Below are positions 19,329 through 55,500 of a stretch of 64,000 nucleotides of DNA, in pieces (positions within the stretch are counted from its first letter, which is position 1; the number at the start of each line of letters is the position of its first letter). Source of the DNA: Phoronis australis (taxonomy: Eukaryota > Animalia > Phoronida); the NCBI GenBank assembly GCA_002633005.1, contig NMRA01000052.1, positions 1 to 64,000 on the forward strand, written 5' to 3'. Below the pieces are notes generated by a model, which had not been told where the DNA came from, searched no databases, and saw only the letters and a list, made by a program, of their open reading frames with translations. Made by a program: the position numbers and the translations under genes.

Positions 19329-22300
19329 TTACAAGTTCAACCTGTCCGTGGGCTTAACATTTCTGAGCGAACGTCTAGGAGCCGGTACTGGCGGAACTTC
19401 CAGAACAGGCACAGATGCTGAGGGTGATTCCACGACATCCCTGTTAGATTCGGGAACAATGGGTGAACTCAACATATCATCAGGGCTTGTCGCTGAATCA
19501 GGCTCATTAACATTAGGCACAGGTTCAATGTTAACAATATCATTACCAGAAGACAAATCATCAGTTACTTCTACACTTCTATCATGCAAACTGGGAGATG
19601 TACAATCTAGCTGCATCTGGTCAACATGACGTCTATAATATTTGTCATTGTCAGATTTCACCAAATACATGCGAGACCCTAAACTTTCCATAATGATACC
19701 TGGCAACTTATTAGGGCCAACACCAAAGTTTTGAAACAGAACCTTATCACCAATCTCAAATACACGTAATTTACCAGATTTGTGATTTTCACATTGAACA
19801 GCTTGTTTAGTTTTGACTCGACTAGTGAAATCAGGTTTCACTCTGCTTAAAGCAGTCGTTAATCTACGATTCATAAGCAACTCTGCGGGTGTAACTCCTG
19901 TCACAGAATGTGGTCGTGCCCTGTAGCTCAGTAAAACCCGTGACAAACGTGTTTCGAGCGACCCTTCAGTGACACGCTTCAAACCATTCTTGATAATCTG
20001 CACTGCCCTTTCTGCAGCGCCATTCGATGCAGGCTTAAATGGCGCACTAGTGACATGCCTAATACCGTTTTTTACAAGAAAATCTTGGAATGTCCGACTA
20101 ATAAATGCACTACCATTATCTGAAACAATGGTATCAGGCAAACCATGGGTTGCAAAAATACGACGTAATTTCTCAATGGTCAACTCAGCAGTAATGCTGC
20201 TCATGGTACATGACTCAATCCATTTAGAGTAGGCATCAATGACTATGAGAAAATATGTACCGAGAAATGGTCCAGCAAAATCAATATGAAGCCTTTCCCA
20301 AGGTGCGGTAGGGAACTGCCACATACTCAATGGTGCCTCAGCAGGTTTCTTACTCAACATTTGACAAGTTTTACATTTCTTAACAACATCACTCAATGCT
20401 GAATCTAAACCAGGCCACCAAACATAGTTTCTACTCAAAGATTTCATAGCACAAATACCAGGATGTGCATCATGTAACTCATCTAAAATCTTAACACGAC
20501 CTTGCGGGGGAATAATCACACGTGATCCCCACAAAACTAAGTTGTCTTGTACACTTAGTTCAAGCTTCCTGCTTACATATGGTGTCAAATCATCAAGTAA
20601 CTCAGGTGGTAACTTATCCCAACTACCTGACATAATACATGACTTAACAGTAGACAACACAGGGTCACGACTTGTCCAAAGTCTCAACTGCGAGGCAGAT
20701 ACAGGAGATTCACTCTTTTGCAATGTTTGCATCAACAAAATCAGATCACCAGGGGTAGGAGCGTTTACCTCCTGAAACGGCAATGGCAATCTACTGAGAG
20801 CATCTGCAACACAATTGGTTGATCCCTTACGATAACGAATACAGTAATCATAACCTGACAACGTCAAGGCCCAACGCTGCATTCTGGCTGACGCCATAGG
20901 AGGTATAGATTTTGTCTCATGTAAAAGGGTTAAAAGGGGTTTGTGATCTGTTTCTAGTGTGAATTTACGACCCCAAACATACTGGTGCATTTTCTTAACA
21001 GCGAAAACACAAGCTAGACCCTCCTTGTCAACCATCCCATAGTTTCGTTCGGCCTTGTTCAAAGATCTAGATGCATATGCAATAGGCGATTCAGTTCCAT
21101 CAGGGTTTATGTGAGACAAAGTGCAACCTAAACCATACGAAGACGCATCACACGACAGTAGTAATGGTTTATCAGGGTCATAATGAACTAACAATGGAGA
21201 TGAACACAGCAGTTCCTTCGCACCATCAAATGCCCTCTGACACTCTGCCGACCAAAACCAAGTTTGATTACGCCTCAACAACCGATGAAGACGTTCAAGT
21301 GATGTACTCAAATCACGCAAAAAAAGATCCATAATGGTTTAGCATACCCAAAAAATCTTTGAGTTCAGAGACATTTGACGGTACGGGAGCATTCAAGATA
21401 GCTTTAACACGATCCTGAGTAGGGCGAAGTCCTTCAGAGGTGACACGACGACCCAAATACACCACCTCTGACTGCATCAGTGAACACTTGTCTTTACGGA
21501 GCCGAAGACCGGATTCTGAGAAACGACGCAGTACTTCACGCAGATTGTCTAAGTGTTCCTTATCATCAACACCAGTAACAAGTACGTCATCAAGGTACAC
21601 AACTACGTGCGGGATACCTTTCAACAATGTTTCCATATGGCGTTGGAACAGACCGGGTATTGACTTAATACCAAACGGACACCTGTTGTAGACAAACAAT
21701 CCGCGGTGTGTGTTAATAGTGGTATACATTTTGGACTGCTCGTCCAACTCAAGTTGGTTGTAAACGTTCGACATGTCCAACTTCGTGAACTTTTGTCCAC
21801 CGGCTAATGACGCAAACAAATCATCCATACGCGGAATCGGATAGCGGTCTGAGATACTTTTTTCACAGTTAATTTGTAGTCACCACAGCTGACCATCAGC
21901 CTTGATAACTGGCAAAATGGGCGCAGCCCAATCACTGAACTCAACTGGTTTAACGATGTCAAGCCTCTGCAAACGATCCAACTCCTCTTCTATTCTAATG
22001 CGCATAGCATGAGGCACAGAGCGAGCTTTGTAAAACAGTGGTGTGACGTCAGGGTCCACATGAATTTTAGCCTTCACATCGCGCAAGGTACCTAAACCTG
22101 GTTCAAACAAAGTTGGGAATTCATCCAACACATTTTTAGACACATCAACTGAGTTAACTGGTGTTCCTTGCATGTTGAACTCGCGCATCCAACTGCGACC
22201 TAACAACGTTGGACCTGGACTCTCCACAATCCTCAACTTCAGATCCTTGACACAACCTCGGTATTTCACAGAAACAATGCACGAACCGGCAACCAGTATC

Positions 22301-22563
22301 GGTTCCTTAGTGTACGTACGCAATGGCAACTCTTCTCTGACGAGTTCTGGACGCGAATCATCACTCCTTGTCTCGAAAAATGTGTCACGAGACATAAGTG
22401 AACGACTGGAACCATTGTCAACCTCCATGGTAACAGGTATTCTATTAAGAGTCAATGACAACCTGTCTGGCTCATCACCGATAGTTTCATTTGTGTGATA
22501 CACACCATAGGCATCCACCTCCTGAGTGTCTTCTTGCGACGTTTGTTGAGAGCCTGCAGACAC
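19329..22563 (-). pseudogene. pol: Retrotransposon Pol (protease, RT, RNase H, integrase) split into three frames
   Basis: 21880..22563 protease (MEVDNGSSRSLM) plus RT start; 21313..21828 RT (YLDDVLV); 19329..21332 RNase H (CDASSYGLG, TDHKPL) and integrase (HPG...CKTC, HIDFAGP, SDNGSAF, NGAAER). Confidence 0.92.
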
Positions 22564-22579
22564 AGATACATGGTGGGTT

Positions 22580-23324
22580 GAATGACACGCCTTTTTTTAA
22601 TGTGCCCTATCTTACTACATTTGTAACATGTGGCGTTTGTGAACCGGCACTCATGAGCCTTGTGCTTGCCTTTGCAACGCCAGCATGATCCATTGAAGTT
22701 AGACGACGTGGAGCTATTTCCACGAGTTCTACGAGGTGCAGGGTTGGGCTTGGGTTTCACCCCACCTGCAGCTCCAGCTACTTTGTGAACATTGTGAGGT
22801 GCTGGGCGGATTGCTTTAGAGTCCTTCATCGCCGCCTCCATAGCAACCACAATGTCAACGGCATTTTGAAACTTCAAATCTTTCTCTCGTAAGGGACGTT
22901 GTTGCATTTTATCTGAGTAAAGGCCCATAACCAACTGGTCTCTCAGACGCTCCTCAAGTGTAGTTTTAAAATCACAGTGAATACTTAGGGTTTTCAAAGC
23001 CGCAATATAATCACGGATGGACTCTGTGGGCTTTTGTATCCTTTTCATGAAGCGGAAACGTTCCATAATCACCACCGGTTTTGGGGAGTAATGTTCTTTC
23101 AGCGCAGCGACGCACTGTTGAAACGTTTTGTCCTTAGGGGCTGCCAGAGACACCAATGATTTCAACAGATCATAAGCCGTTTCACCGATAACGGCTAAAA
23201 AACAACTAACATGTTTTCCGGAGGGCAAATCATTTGCCTCGAAATACGCCTCCAATCGTTCGATGTGTGAATCAAAGTGAGTTGATTCTGTTAACGGAGA
23301 TATTGATCCAATTAAAGACGACAT
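22580..23324 (-). pseudogene. gag: Retrotransposon Gag with two zinc knuckles
   Basis: ATG at 23324 (MSSLIGSISPL..., ERLEAYFEAN, RLRDQLVMGL, CWRCKGKHKAHEC, CYKCSKIGH). Frameshift at the A7 run 22592-22598. Confidence 0.88.
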
Positions 23325-23865
23325 TTTTTTTACCTCGTCGCCAACTGTTAATGTTGATGATTCCCGATTCGATTCGAGTCCGTTCTTATAAGACACACAA
23401 CAGCCATCTTTTAGGAGGTCACTTTCAGACAGAGGAGAGTGTACATCAAACAACACGCCATCTAGCGGTCGTAATACATAATCTATTACATATACATGTA
23501 CAGTTTAGCTGTTTCCAAACAATGCAGTCGAAACAATACAATGGGATCTTGAAAAGTAGAAATGATCCCAGGCTCAATTTTTTCACTAAGTCTTATTTTT
23601 GACCATAATACATTTTCCCTCTTGCGATGAGTGTGTTAAGAAAATTGATGGTATTTAACCCAGACATTTTTTTTTTAAATTTGAATTCATTTTCAGCATC
23701 TCTTCTTTGTCATCACTTAACAATATGTCGTACTTTAGTGCGTCTGTGGAATTGAAACTGTTACCAAACTACCTTTGACCTACTCCTGGATCCTTAGTTG
23801 TGAATTATTTTAGCGTAGTAATCATGTCTGAGAGCCTCTTTCACTAGAAAATGTTTATTTTTCAC

Positions 23866-24880
23866 TTTTATTATACGCCCACATATTTAAATGTGGTCGC
23901 ATATTGCAGTCATCTCTGCTTCCGACGTCCGGTGTCCGCAGCTGTATCTCCCTCTGCAAACCCCTCACAGGGCAGATTTGGCAGAAATGTTCTTATGAAG
24001 CTGGCGACGGTTGACGACGAATTTCAGACCTCTCCGACTACTGGTGTGTCCCCCAGTGGCAATTTTAGGTTTTTACGCTTACCTCTGTATCTTTGAAGGT
24101 CCTCAACGGATTTTTATAAAGTTTGGCAGTAAGGCATCTATTAGTGAGATGATGCCATCCCACGTTTTCGGACGGATTTGAGGTACTTTGCACCACTTAG
24201 TAGTCGTTTTTACTGTTTTCGAGTCTGTTTTTAGCGTCAGCCCTTCTATCTGTGCAGTAGTGGTAAAATTAGAGGTAAGTAGGCGCCCAAAGCCACTTTA
24301 TCACCTTGAGCACTAAATATAACTTACGGTGCGTAGGCGCTATGTTCAAATGCCAAAAGGTGGTTGGCTTCGCCTGCGCGCCCCATTACAGCACTGACTT
24401 CTATCAATCAATCCGCTCTAGCGATGATTTTGAAAATTGCCATATATGTGTTCCTACTGTAATGAGGGTGGCTGGACTACAATTTTCCGACGACTTTGAC
24501 TACTTTGCACCCAGAGCCTCCTAGTGGCAATTTCATTTTTGTCGTTTTCTTCGGATTCTTGACGGATTTTTACAAAATTTGGTAAATAGCTTTGATGACA
24601 CATACCCGTTTTCGGATGGATTCGACGTATTTTGCATAACCTAGTAGCCATTTTTATGTTGCAAGTAAACGCCCCTAGAAGCACACCCTTTGCTGTGCAT
24701 TCGAGGGCGCATTTCAAAGCTCCGTGTTGCTCTTGTATTTTAAGGTACTGGTAATAACATATTGGCATAGAATTTAACAGCTCTAGGAATCTCAGTTTAC
24801 TAAATACACATGTAGTAAAAACTGGTGATATTTTATCCTTAGTAATCGTATTTTCCGTTGAGTTATTGTTTTCTGTTTTT
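23866..24880. repeat. Degenerate interspersed repeat (possibly Helentron/HINE-like) hosting MITEs
   Basis: Starts TTATACGCCC...GGTCGCATAT...GTCCGGTGTCCG, with internal similar blocks (CGTTTTCGGA(C/T)GGATT at about 24162 and 24607). A similar start GGTCGCATTTT...GTCCG occurs at 31928. The classification is inferred. Confidence 0.4.
24250..24396. mobile_element. hAT-type MITE, 147 bp
   Basis: TIRs CTGTGCAGTAGTGG / CCATTACAGCACTG with a near-perfect 8-bp TSD (CCTTCTAT / ACTTCTAT). Reverse-complement relative of 24890-25046. Confidence 0.8.
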
Positions 24881-24889
24881 ACTATCTAG

Positions 24890-25046
24890 CAGTGCTGTAG
24901 TGGGGCGTAGGCGCACGTAGGCGCAGCCAACCATTTCTTTGGCATTTGAACATAACGCCTACACACCGTAAGTTACGTTCGGTGTTCAGGGTGATACGGT
25001 GGGCTTTGGGCGCCTACTTACCTCTTATTTTACCACTACAGCACTG
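24890..25046. mobile_element. hAT-type MITE, 157 bp
   Basis: Perfect 14-bp TIR CAGTGCTGTAGTGG / CCACTACAGCACTG. Perfect 8-bp TSD CTATCTAG at 24882-24889 and 25047-25054. Confidence 0.9.
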
Positions 25047-25201
25047 CTATCTAGGAGCTTTAAGTAGCAAGTGTAATTGCATGCATTTTATGTGAAAATG
25101 CTTCTGTAAGAAAGTGTAAAGAAATACAAGTTAAGTACCCAGTTACACTTAGTGTAATGGGCCTGATGCCCCGCAAAAGGCATCAGGCTACCTGCACTCT
25201 T

Positions 25202-26160
25202 TTTACACTGTGCCAAAATCGAAAAGATCTGGTTATTAACTATTACCGACATTACGAACTTCCATGGGTTCGACATTTCTTCACCTGTTTAGAATGCAAT
25301 GTGGGAAAAAAGGTGGAAGTTTATCTTGTCATACTTCTCAGCAAAAATAAAAATTGAGAAAATTTATTGCTGGCTGTATGGATACTGTATCATAAAACAA
25401 CATTTGTCAAAATTTAAAGTATTTGTAACTGAAGGAAATCAGTGTTTGAAAAATAGAAAAATGACAATTTTGGTGATTCTGTTTGTGTGAAATAAGTGAA
25501 GAAGTACCTTATACATTGTAACACTGTCAATGTTTCTCATTGGCTAGGATAAAAGTTTAGTTTAAAGTCCCACCCAGCACTAATTTGGTCAAACCACTGA
25601 AGTCACCAACTTCAAACTTGAATAGTTCAAGTAAGAGATAGTGATGAATTATTGTCGGCGTTAATAAAATCCTTGAATTCCATTTGGTTCATGGCATTAT
25701 CCAGTGTAATTTGTAACAGATATTCATTTTTTAAAAAACAAAGAAAGGATTCCATCCTAGAATATGAACCAGAGACGGCGCTGCGTGTTGCTTTGACATC
25801 ATTTGTACCCAACAGGACTAGCATTTGTGCTTCTTCATTATAAATATAAATAGTGGTAACATGATTAGTATTTTGCTAACTGATCGTGTGGTTCATCTTG
25901 ATATTGTTTTGCTGTTTGTTATAATGATGAGTCATTATTCCTTTGGGAGCTGATGAGCACGAAGAAAGCAAAATCGCTCGGTATTTTTATTTTGTGGATG
26001 ATTTCCCTATTTTTTCAACTTTACCCTGAAGTGGTTTCCTGAACTACTATTTCATATTACTCCTGTCGATTTACTGTGTTAATTTTACAGGTTAACAATT
26101 AACAGTGCTCAATACGTAGATGATATATCTGATGGTGACTCTGTATAGAGTGTTCCCCAG
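25202..26160. repeat. About 1-kb dispersed non-coding repeat, copy 2
   Basis: Colinear with 1121-2105. Confidence 0.85.
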
Positions 26161-26565
26161 TGGCGGGAAACGCTTGCCTCCTAAAACGTCACTTCCGCAG
26201 TAGCGGACGAGTAATTAATAAAATTACGAAAAGCTGTAATTAAGTGGAAAATATTTGTAGGATAACCAACCAACCTTATTTTAGCTCAAAATGACATGAA
26301 AAAAGGTTGCCTTCGCCTTTAACAATGATTCTACTAGTAGGTTGGACCACATAAAAGTCTGGCTATGTCTGGAATCCAATGGCTGCCAGCACAAGAGACT
26401 AACACCTAGTCTGGTATCTTGATTGATCAGCCAACTCCTTTTGGAACTTACACTATTTGTCCAAAATCCAATTGTTGTATGCTTAGTATTTTAATTAACC
26501 TCTAGACCGCTAATTAATGCTTATTAGTTGTTGTCTGCTCACTGTTAAATCGGACGTTGAGTTAA

Positions 26566-27157
26566 AAGGACACTAACCCTGTTTTAGCCTAATTTTAAAC
26601 AATTATTAAGCAATGATACGTTTAATTATTTTTCTTAAGAAACTAATTTTCGTCTACTCGCTCAAGTTTAGAAAAATCTTGAAGGATACTCAAGTCTGCT
26701 GATAGGCACATGTGTATGTGGAAAGACACGTCACCTCAAATTATAATATCCACATTCAACTCAAATTATATCCACATTAACCCTTGATCATAAGATCCAC
26801 CTTCAAAGATAAATACCTCGAACTATGAGATACAAATTCACCTCTGATCGAAAGATCCACACCTAAATATCCACATTCACCTCAAATTCTAAGATCCACA
26901 TTCACCTCATGTCACTTGTATGAGATCCACATTCACCTCAAATTATGATATCAGCGTTCAACTCAAATTGTTAGGTCCACCCTCACCTCAAATCATGAGA
27001 CCCACGTTCACCTCAAATCATAAGATCCACATTGTGATGCGATCTTATTATGAACCACTGTTTATTCTACCAGGGAGATTCTGATTTTTCAATTGTCCTG
27101 CACCTGTCATGGCCAGTTTTGACTGAAAGTGTCGCTAAAACAGGGTTTAGTGTCCCT
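26566..27157. mobile_element. TTAA-type (Kolobok-like) MITE containing a minisatellite of about 26 bp
   Basis: TTAA|AAGGACACTAACCCTGTTTTAGC at the left end and GCTAAAACAGGGTTTAGTGTCCCT|TTTA at the right. Internal tandem CACATTCACCTCAAATTATAAGATC-like units at about 26730-27032. Confidence 0.7.
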
Positions 27158-28355
27158 TTTACTGTTCGATGTTGTTTGTGATCTGTGGACCCTAACTGTA
27201 TTGCTTCTTATAACCAGTATGAACCTTTCAAAAAGCCACACGCAGTGATATGACATAATAGTCATCTTAACTGCTCACCAATTAACTGATTTGAGATACA
27301 AAATCACCAGCTGTCAACTATGTAGCAAAATGTGATTTGGAACTCTGAACATTCTGGCACACTATATGAAGTGTTGGTGTTAGTGTAATTCTTTTCAATT
27401 TATAGAATTTGCTTATTGTACTTCTTTGAAAATTTCCCAATTGGTTTCAGATCTGTAAGTTTCTGAAGAACTTTTATCATAAGCCGGCACTGTGTGAGAC
27501 TTTCTATTTTAGTTACTCACTGTTAGTGATATGACACCTAACTTGAACCTCACATTATGTAATATTTGATTGTAGAATCTTGTGGTCAGGTTGATTGTCT
27601 ATCAGAGGATAACTCAAACAGAGGGTCCATGATGGAAGATAGTCAAAGTTTTGAATCGCATCCTTTACCGTGCATCTCCATTGAGCTGTAACCAAACAGT
27701 TGTATGACTGTAAACTAACTTTTTCTGTAAGCACGTTTTAATAGAATGATGTTCAACAGAAGACTTCGCTTGTATAGACTGGTCACACCCAACTGCTCTT
27801 CATGTCGCTCCGGTTCAAGTATGCCATTCATTAAAGCTTAGAATCCCCTATCTTCAACAGAAACAAAATCTTGAACTGTCCTTTGTTATAGGATAAACGA
27901 ATCCTCGTGACTGGTTAACAAAACCTCAGTTTTAGTCGATAACTCTTACAGACTTCTTGCGACTGGATGACAATCTCTGATTCGCAATTACTGAATCGTT
28001 GACCTGGACCCTCTATGTCTTGAATTTAGGGCGGAAATTCTCTATGAAAAATATTTTAAAAATCATGTGAAATTCCTACAAGCCCAAAAATTCTCTTCGA
28101 CCAATGGAAAAAATACCCTCAACCAAAAAATCTCTTCCTTCAGTTACAAATATTGATCCCTAAGTTTTAGGACGTATTCAGCTCTTTTGACCTTTCATGG
28201 AGCCTTTACCAAACTGTTTACAATACATCTGGAAACCAGGCATTAAAATAAATGTGTTGAGTTCTTGAATACTCAAAACTCAAAACAGGTTTTCCAGTTA
28301 CAACTTTTGATTCAATGTAATTTCTCTTAGAAAAGTGGCAAGAGTTAGAACCAAG

Positions 28356-52507
<24,152 letters not shown>

Positions 52508-55500
52508 CCTTGAGACATCGCAAAAGCGAAGAATGTCTCAGGCCTGGTAATCTGTCCATGCATGGTTGGTGTAGCTTTCTTAGACATTAATGTTCACTTA
52601 TGTACTAGAAAATCGTGCAAGCATTAATAGTGATACGGGTTATGAATTTGTAATTTTCTGTCTGAGAGCCATAGCCAGATACGGTAAAGTCTCACCGATT
52701 TCGGGCAAAGATAATTTATAACAAAATCTTCTAATATGTAGATATATATAAATTTTGAAACAGCATAGAAATGTAGATCACAAAAAATTGTCTTTTCTGC
52801 TTGCCGCCTGTTGGCCAACAGGTGGCGTGCAGACTAGACTGAAAAAATGTTTGTGAAAATCTTCTAGTGTTGTGATGGCCTACAATTGTTCAAGATACTG
52901 TCTAGTGGTGGCTGTTGTACAAAACCTGAATGCAGTAAAGCATTAAGATAGTGATACGTATCTTTTATGGAAAAAATTTGGAAATAAAATTTTGCTTGTC
53001 CACTGTAATCTGTCCTAAATGGGTGAGATTTTACTGTAACTTCAATTGCTAGGTGTCTTTGCTGCATTCCTTTCAAAGTAATCTGTCTACACCCTTGTCA
53101 AGTTACAGGGAAAACTTTTTTTGAGATCAAAACATTCCAAATTGGTCTGTCCCTGTTTCTTGTGCAGCATTGTTTCTTCAATTCCTTGTTTTGATTTCAT
53201 CTCTAAATTTCGTTAAACCCGATTACCAGTTGCTGTATTTCTGAAATATTGGCTTGATATTCATCACAAAGGGTTTGAATTATTTAATAATTTGAGTTGT
53301 CATTTTATAAGCTACGTACATGTAGAATGTTCTATTGCATTTTCAAACATGAAAGTGAGATATCTCAAAAGTTTTAAAAAATCCCTTTGGCCAAATCAGC
53401 TAAAAGTGGGTGATAGATTTTGTAGTGGTGATTTCATTTTAATATAGAATTTGCCAAAATAATTATTTAATTATCTGTAACTACCTTACAAAAACCGACA
53501 TTCCATGGGACACAATGCATTTCTTCCATGAAAGATTGCATTCTCCCATGGGATATTTGAGTTTCCTGTGTCAATTTTTTTCACTTGCACTGTGTACGAA
53601 TGACACTTGGTACATTTGCGACTGGTATTTGTTTATTATACTTTACTGTGAAAAGAACTTGCCATTTAATGCCACTGTCATCAGTCTATTGATGTTTGCT
53701 AAATGTAACTTTTCATATTTTGACACTGTACTAAACACTTAAAACAGTCATGTGACAGTGTTATGTCAAAGGTCAAGTTATTTGCATACAGACCTGTAAT
53801 TTCCATTGCAGGTGATATTTATGGTAGTATAAATATAATGATCAGAAAAGCAGTTCCATTGAATGCTTTGACTTGGAGCGCAACATTTGTTTGTACCAAA
53901 CAGGTGATGTTTCATTAAGTGTTTCATTTGGTGTATTCATGCCTAGCAGTGCTTCATCAATCCATTTAGTGGGTATATGCTGATGAACTGCTGAACATTC
54001 ATGTGTATTGTGTTCATGGAGTCGGTTGCCTGAGTAAACGTTCCTCCAGGGACAAATTGGTTGTAACTTACGGTTGAGCATCTACATAACAAACCTGACA
54101 TCAGTGTCGAGACAAAAGTGATAAAAAGGGAGGTCACACTGCACACTTCTCACGTAAGGAGAGCGACTGTGAAACGAGCTGGAGTTGATGATTGCTTTTA
54201 CCTCAATGTCCTTTCTGCAGTAAAGTCTTTGTCTACACATCACTTACACACAATCCCGGGTCAACTTGCATTGGGGCAACTGCTCGTGTGGGCACATCTT
54301 TGGCTATCTATTACTGTACATTAGAGTTCAACATTTGCTGTGAAATTACAGTTAGTCGGATCAAGCTACCGGTATGCAAAGTTGGAAAGTTGGGGGGGGG
54401 GCTAGTAATAGAACTGCTTCCGTCATCACAACATTTGAGGGTCCCTATGGCTGCTTAAATCAAGACTGGTCAGAGTTCTGCAGACAACATACCTGTACAA
54501 TAAAGAGTATGATCTCAGTCTCTGGTAACTACTTGATATGTTAATGTGTACATGAATGTCTTCACCAAACCTTGGGAGTTCTGCAGGCTGTCTCACAAAC
54601 CTGCCAAAAATGAAGAATACTCCACTATGTTTATGTGGGTGTGCCACTGAGAATTTTAAGAGCAATGTTTTGACTTCGCGGCCTGGACACTGTTGATTCG
54701 GCTGTCCAGGTTCAGCTGATGTCTGCGCACGTGTTGGCAGGGATAACTGCTAATGTTATGTGTGACTGGGGCAAAGCTTCACGTTTTAAAACATTCAAAT
54801 GGCTCTTGACTTGGGGAACCGTGGTATTTTGTACATAGCTTAGGTATGTGTTGTGAATTAATTTGCCAAGGGGCATTGATACCCATACTTGTTGGTTGGC
54901 TGTACTATATCTTAAAAGAAATTATTTATTTTATCAGCTAATAATAACATATTAATCTGTATTTGTGCCGCAAGTCAATTATGCTGTGTTGCAATCTCAT
55001 TCAATAAAGTCGGCGGTAGAATGGACCTCTCTTCTCTTATGTGTTTGTTCATTTCACTTCTATTTTTCTCACGTGCGGTCTTCACGTGTTTTCTATAGGA
55101 AAATATTTCTTGTTTTAGTGAAGCTTTTGTGTGATTATAGCGTCGTTTCGAAACGTTCTCGGTCGGGTAAAGCCGAATATATTGTTCAAGTTAACAACAG
55201 CCTGGGGACCCAAGTGATCCTAGGAAACTTATAAAGGGGAAATTTTTTGCCTAGTTTGAAAACGGGCATTTTCCTTGATTTCTACTCTGGCCAGGTGGCT
55301 ACTTAGACTAGCGTGGCAACATGAAGTCTCACGGTCCAGGTCGCATTCTGGAATCCGACGTCAAGTTCGTCAAGTTGCCACTAAAAACGCCCATGATTCT
55401 AGACTTTCAACTGCTTTACGTAGTTTTTGTCCCGATGGCGAACAGATACAGCAGCAGCTTCGCTTTCTTCATCGTTTTGGCGGTATAATTTTAATTTCCG

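Larger units (their letters stand above)
19123..23490 (-). mobile_element. Full-length Ty3/Gypsy LTR retrotransposon (Mag/K02A2.6-like), defective
   Basis: TG...CA LTRs at 19123-19279 and 23346-23490 differ by 1 substitution and a 12-bp indel. 5-bp TSD TATAC at 19118-19122 and 23491-23495. PBS TGGCGACGAGG (23343-23333) matches a tRNA-Ser(GCU) 3' end. PPT GAGGGGAAGGG at 19290-19280. Domain order gag-PR-RT-RH-IN. Confidence 0.96.

Noticed and set aside
19348-22688. Plus-strand ORFs overlapping the LTR element
   Set aside because: These are antisense shadows of gag-pol with no independent motifs.
27630-27692. ATGATGGAAGAT... as the first CLC coding exon
   Set aside because: The frame ends in TAA without a phase-compatible donor. 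The 28356-28386 candidate fits phase 1 better.
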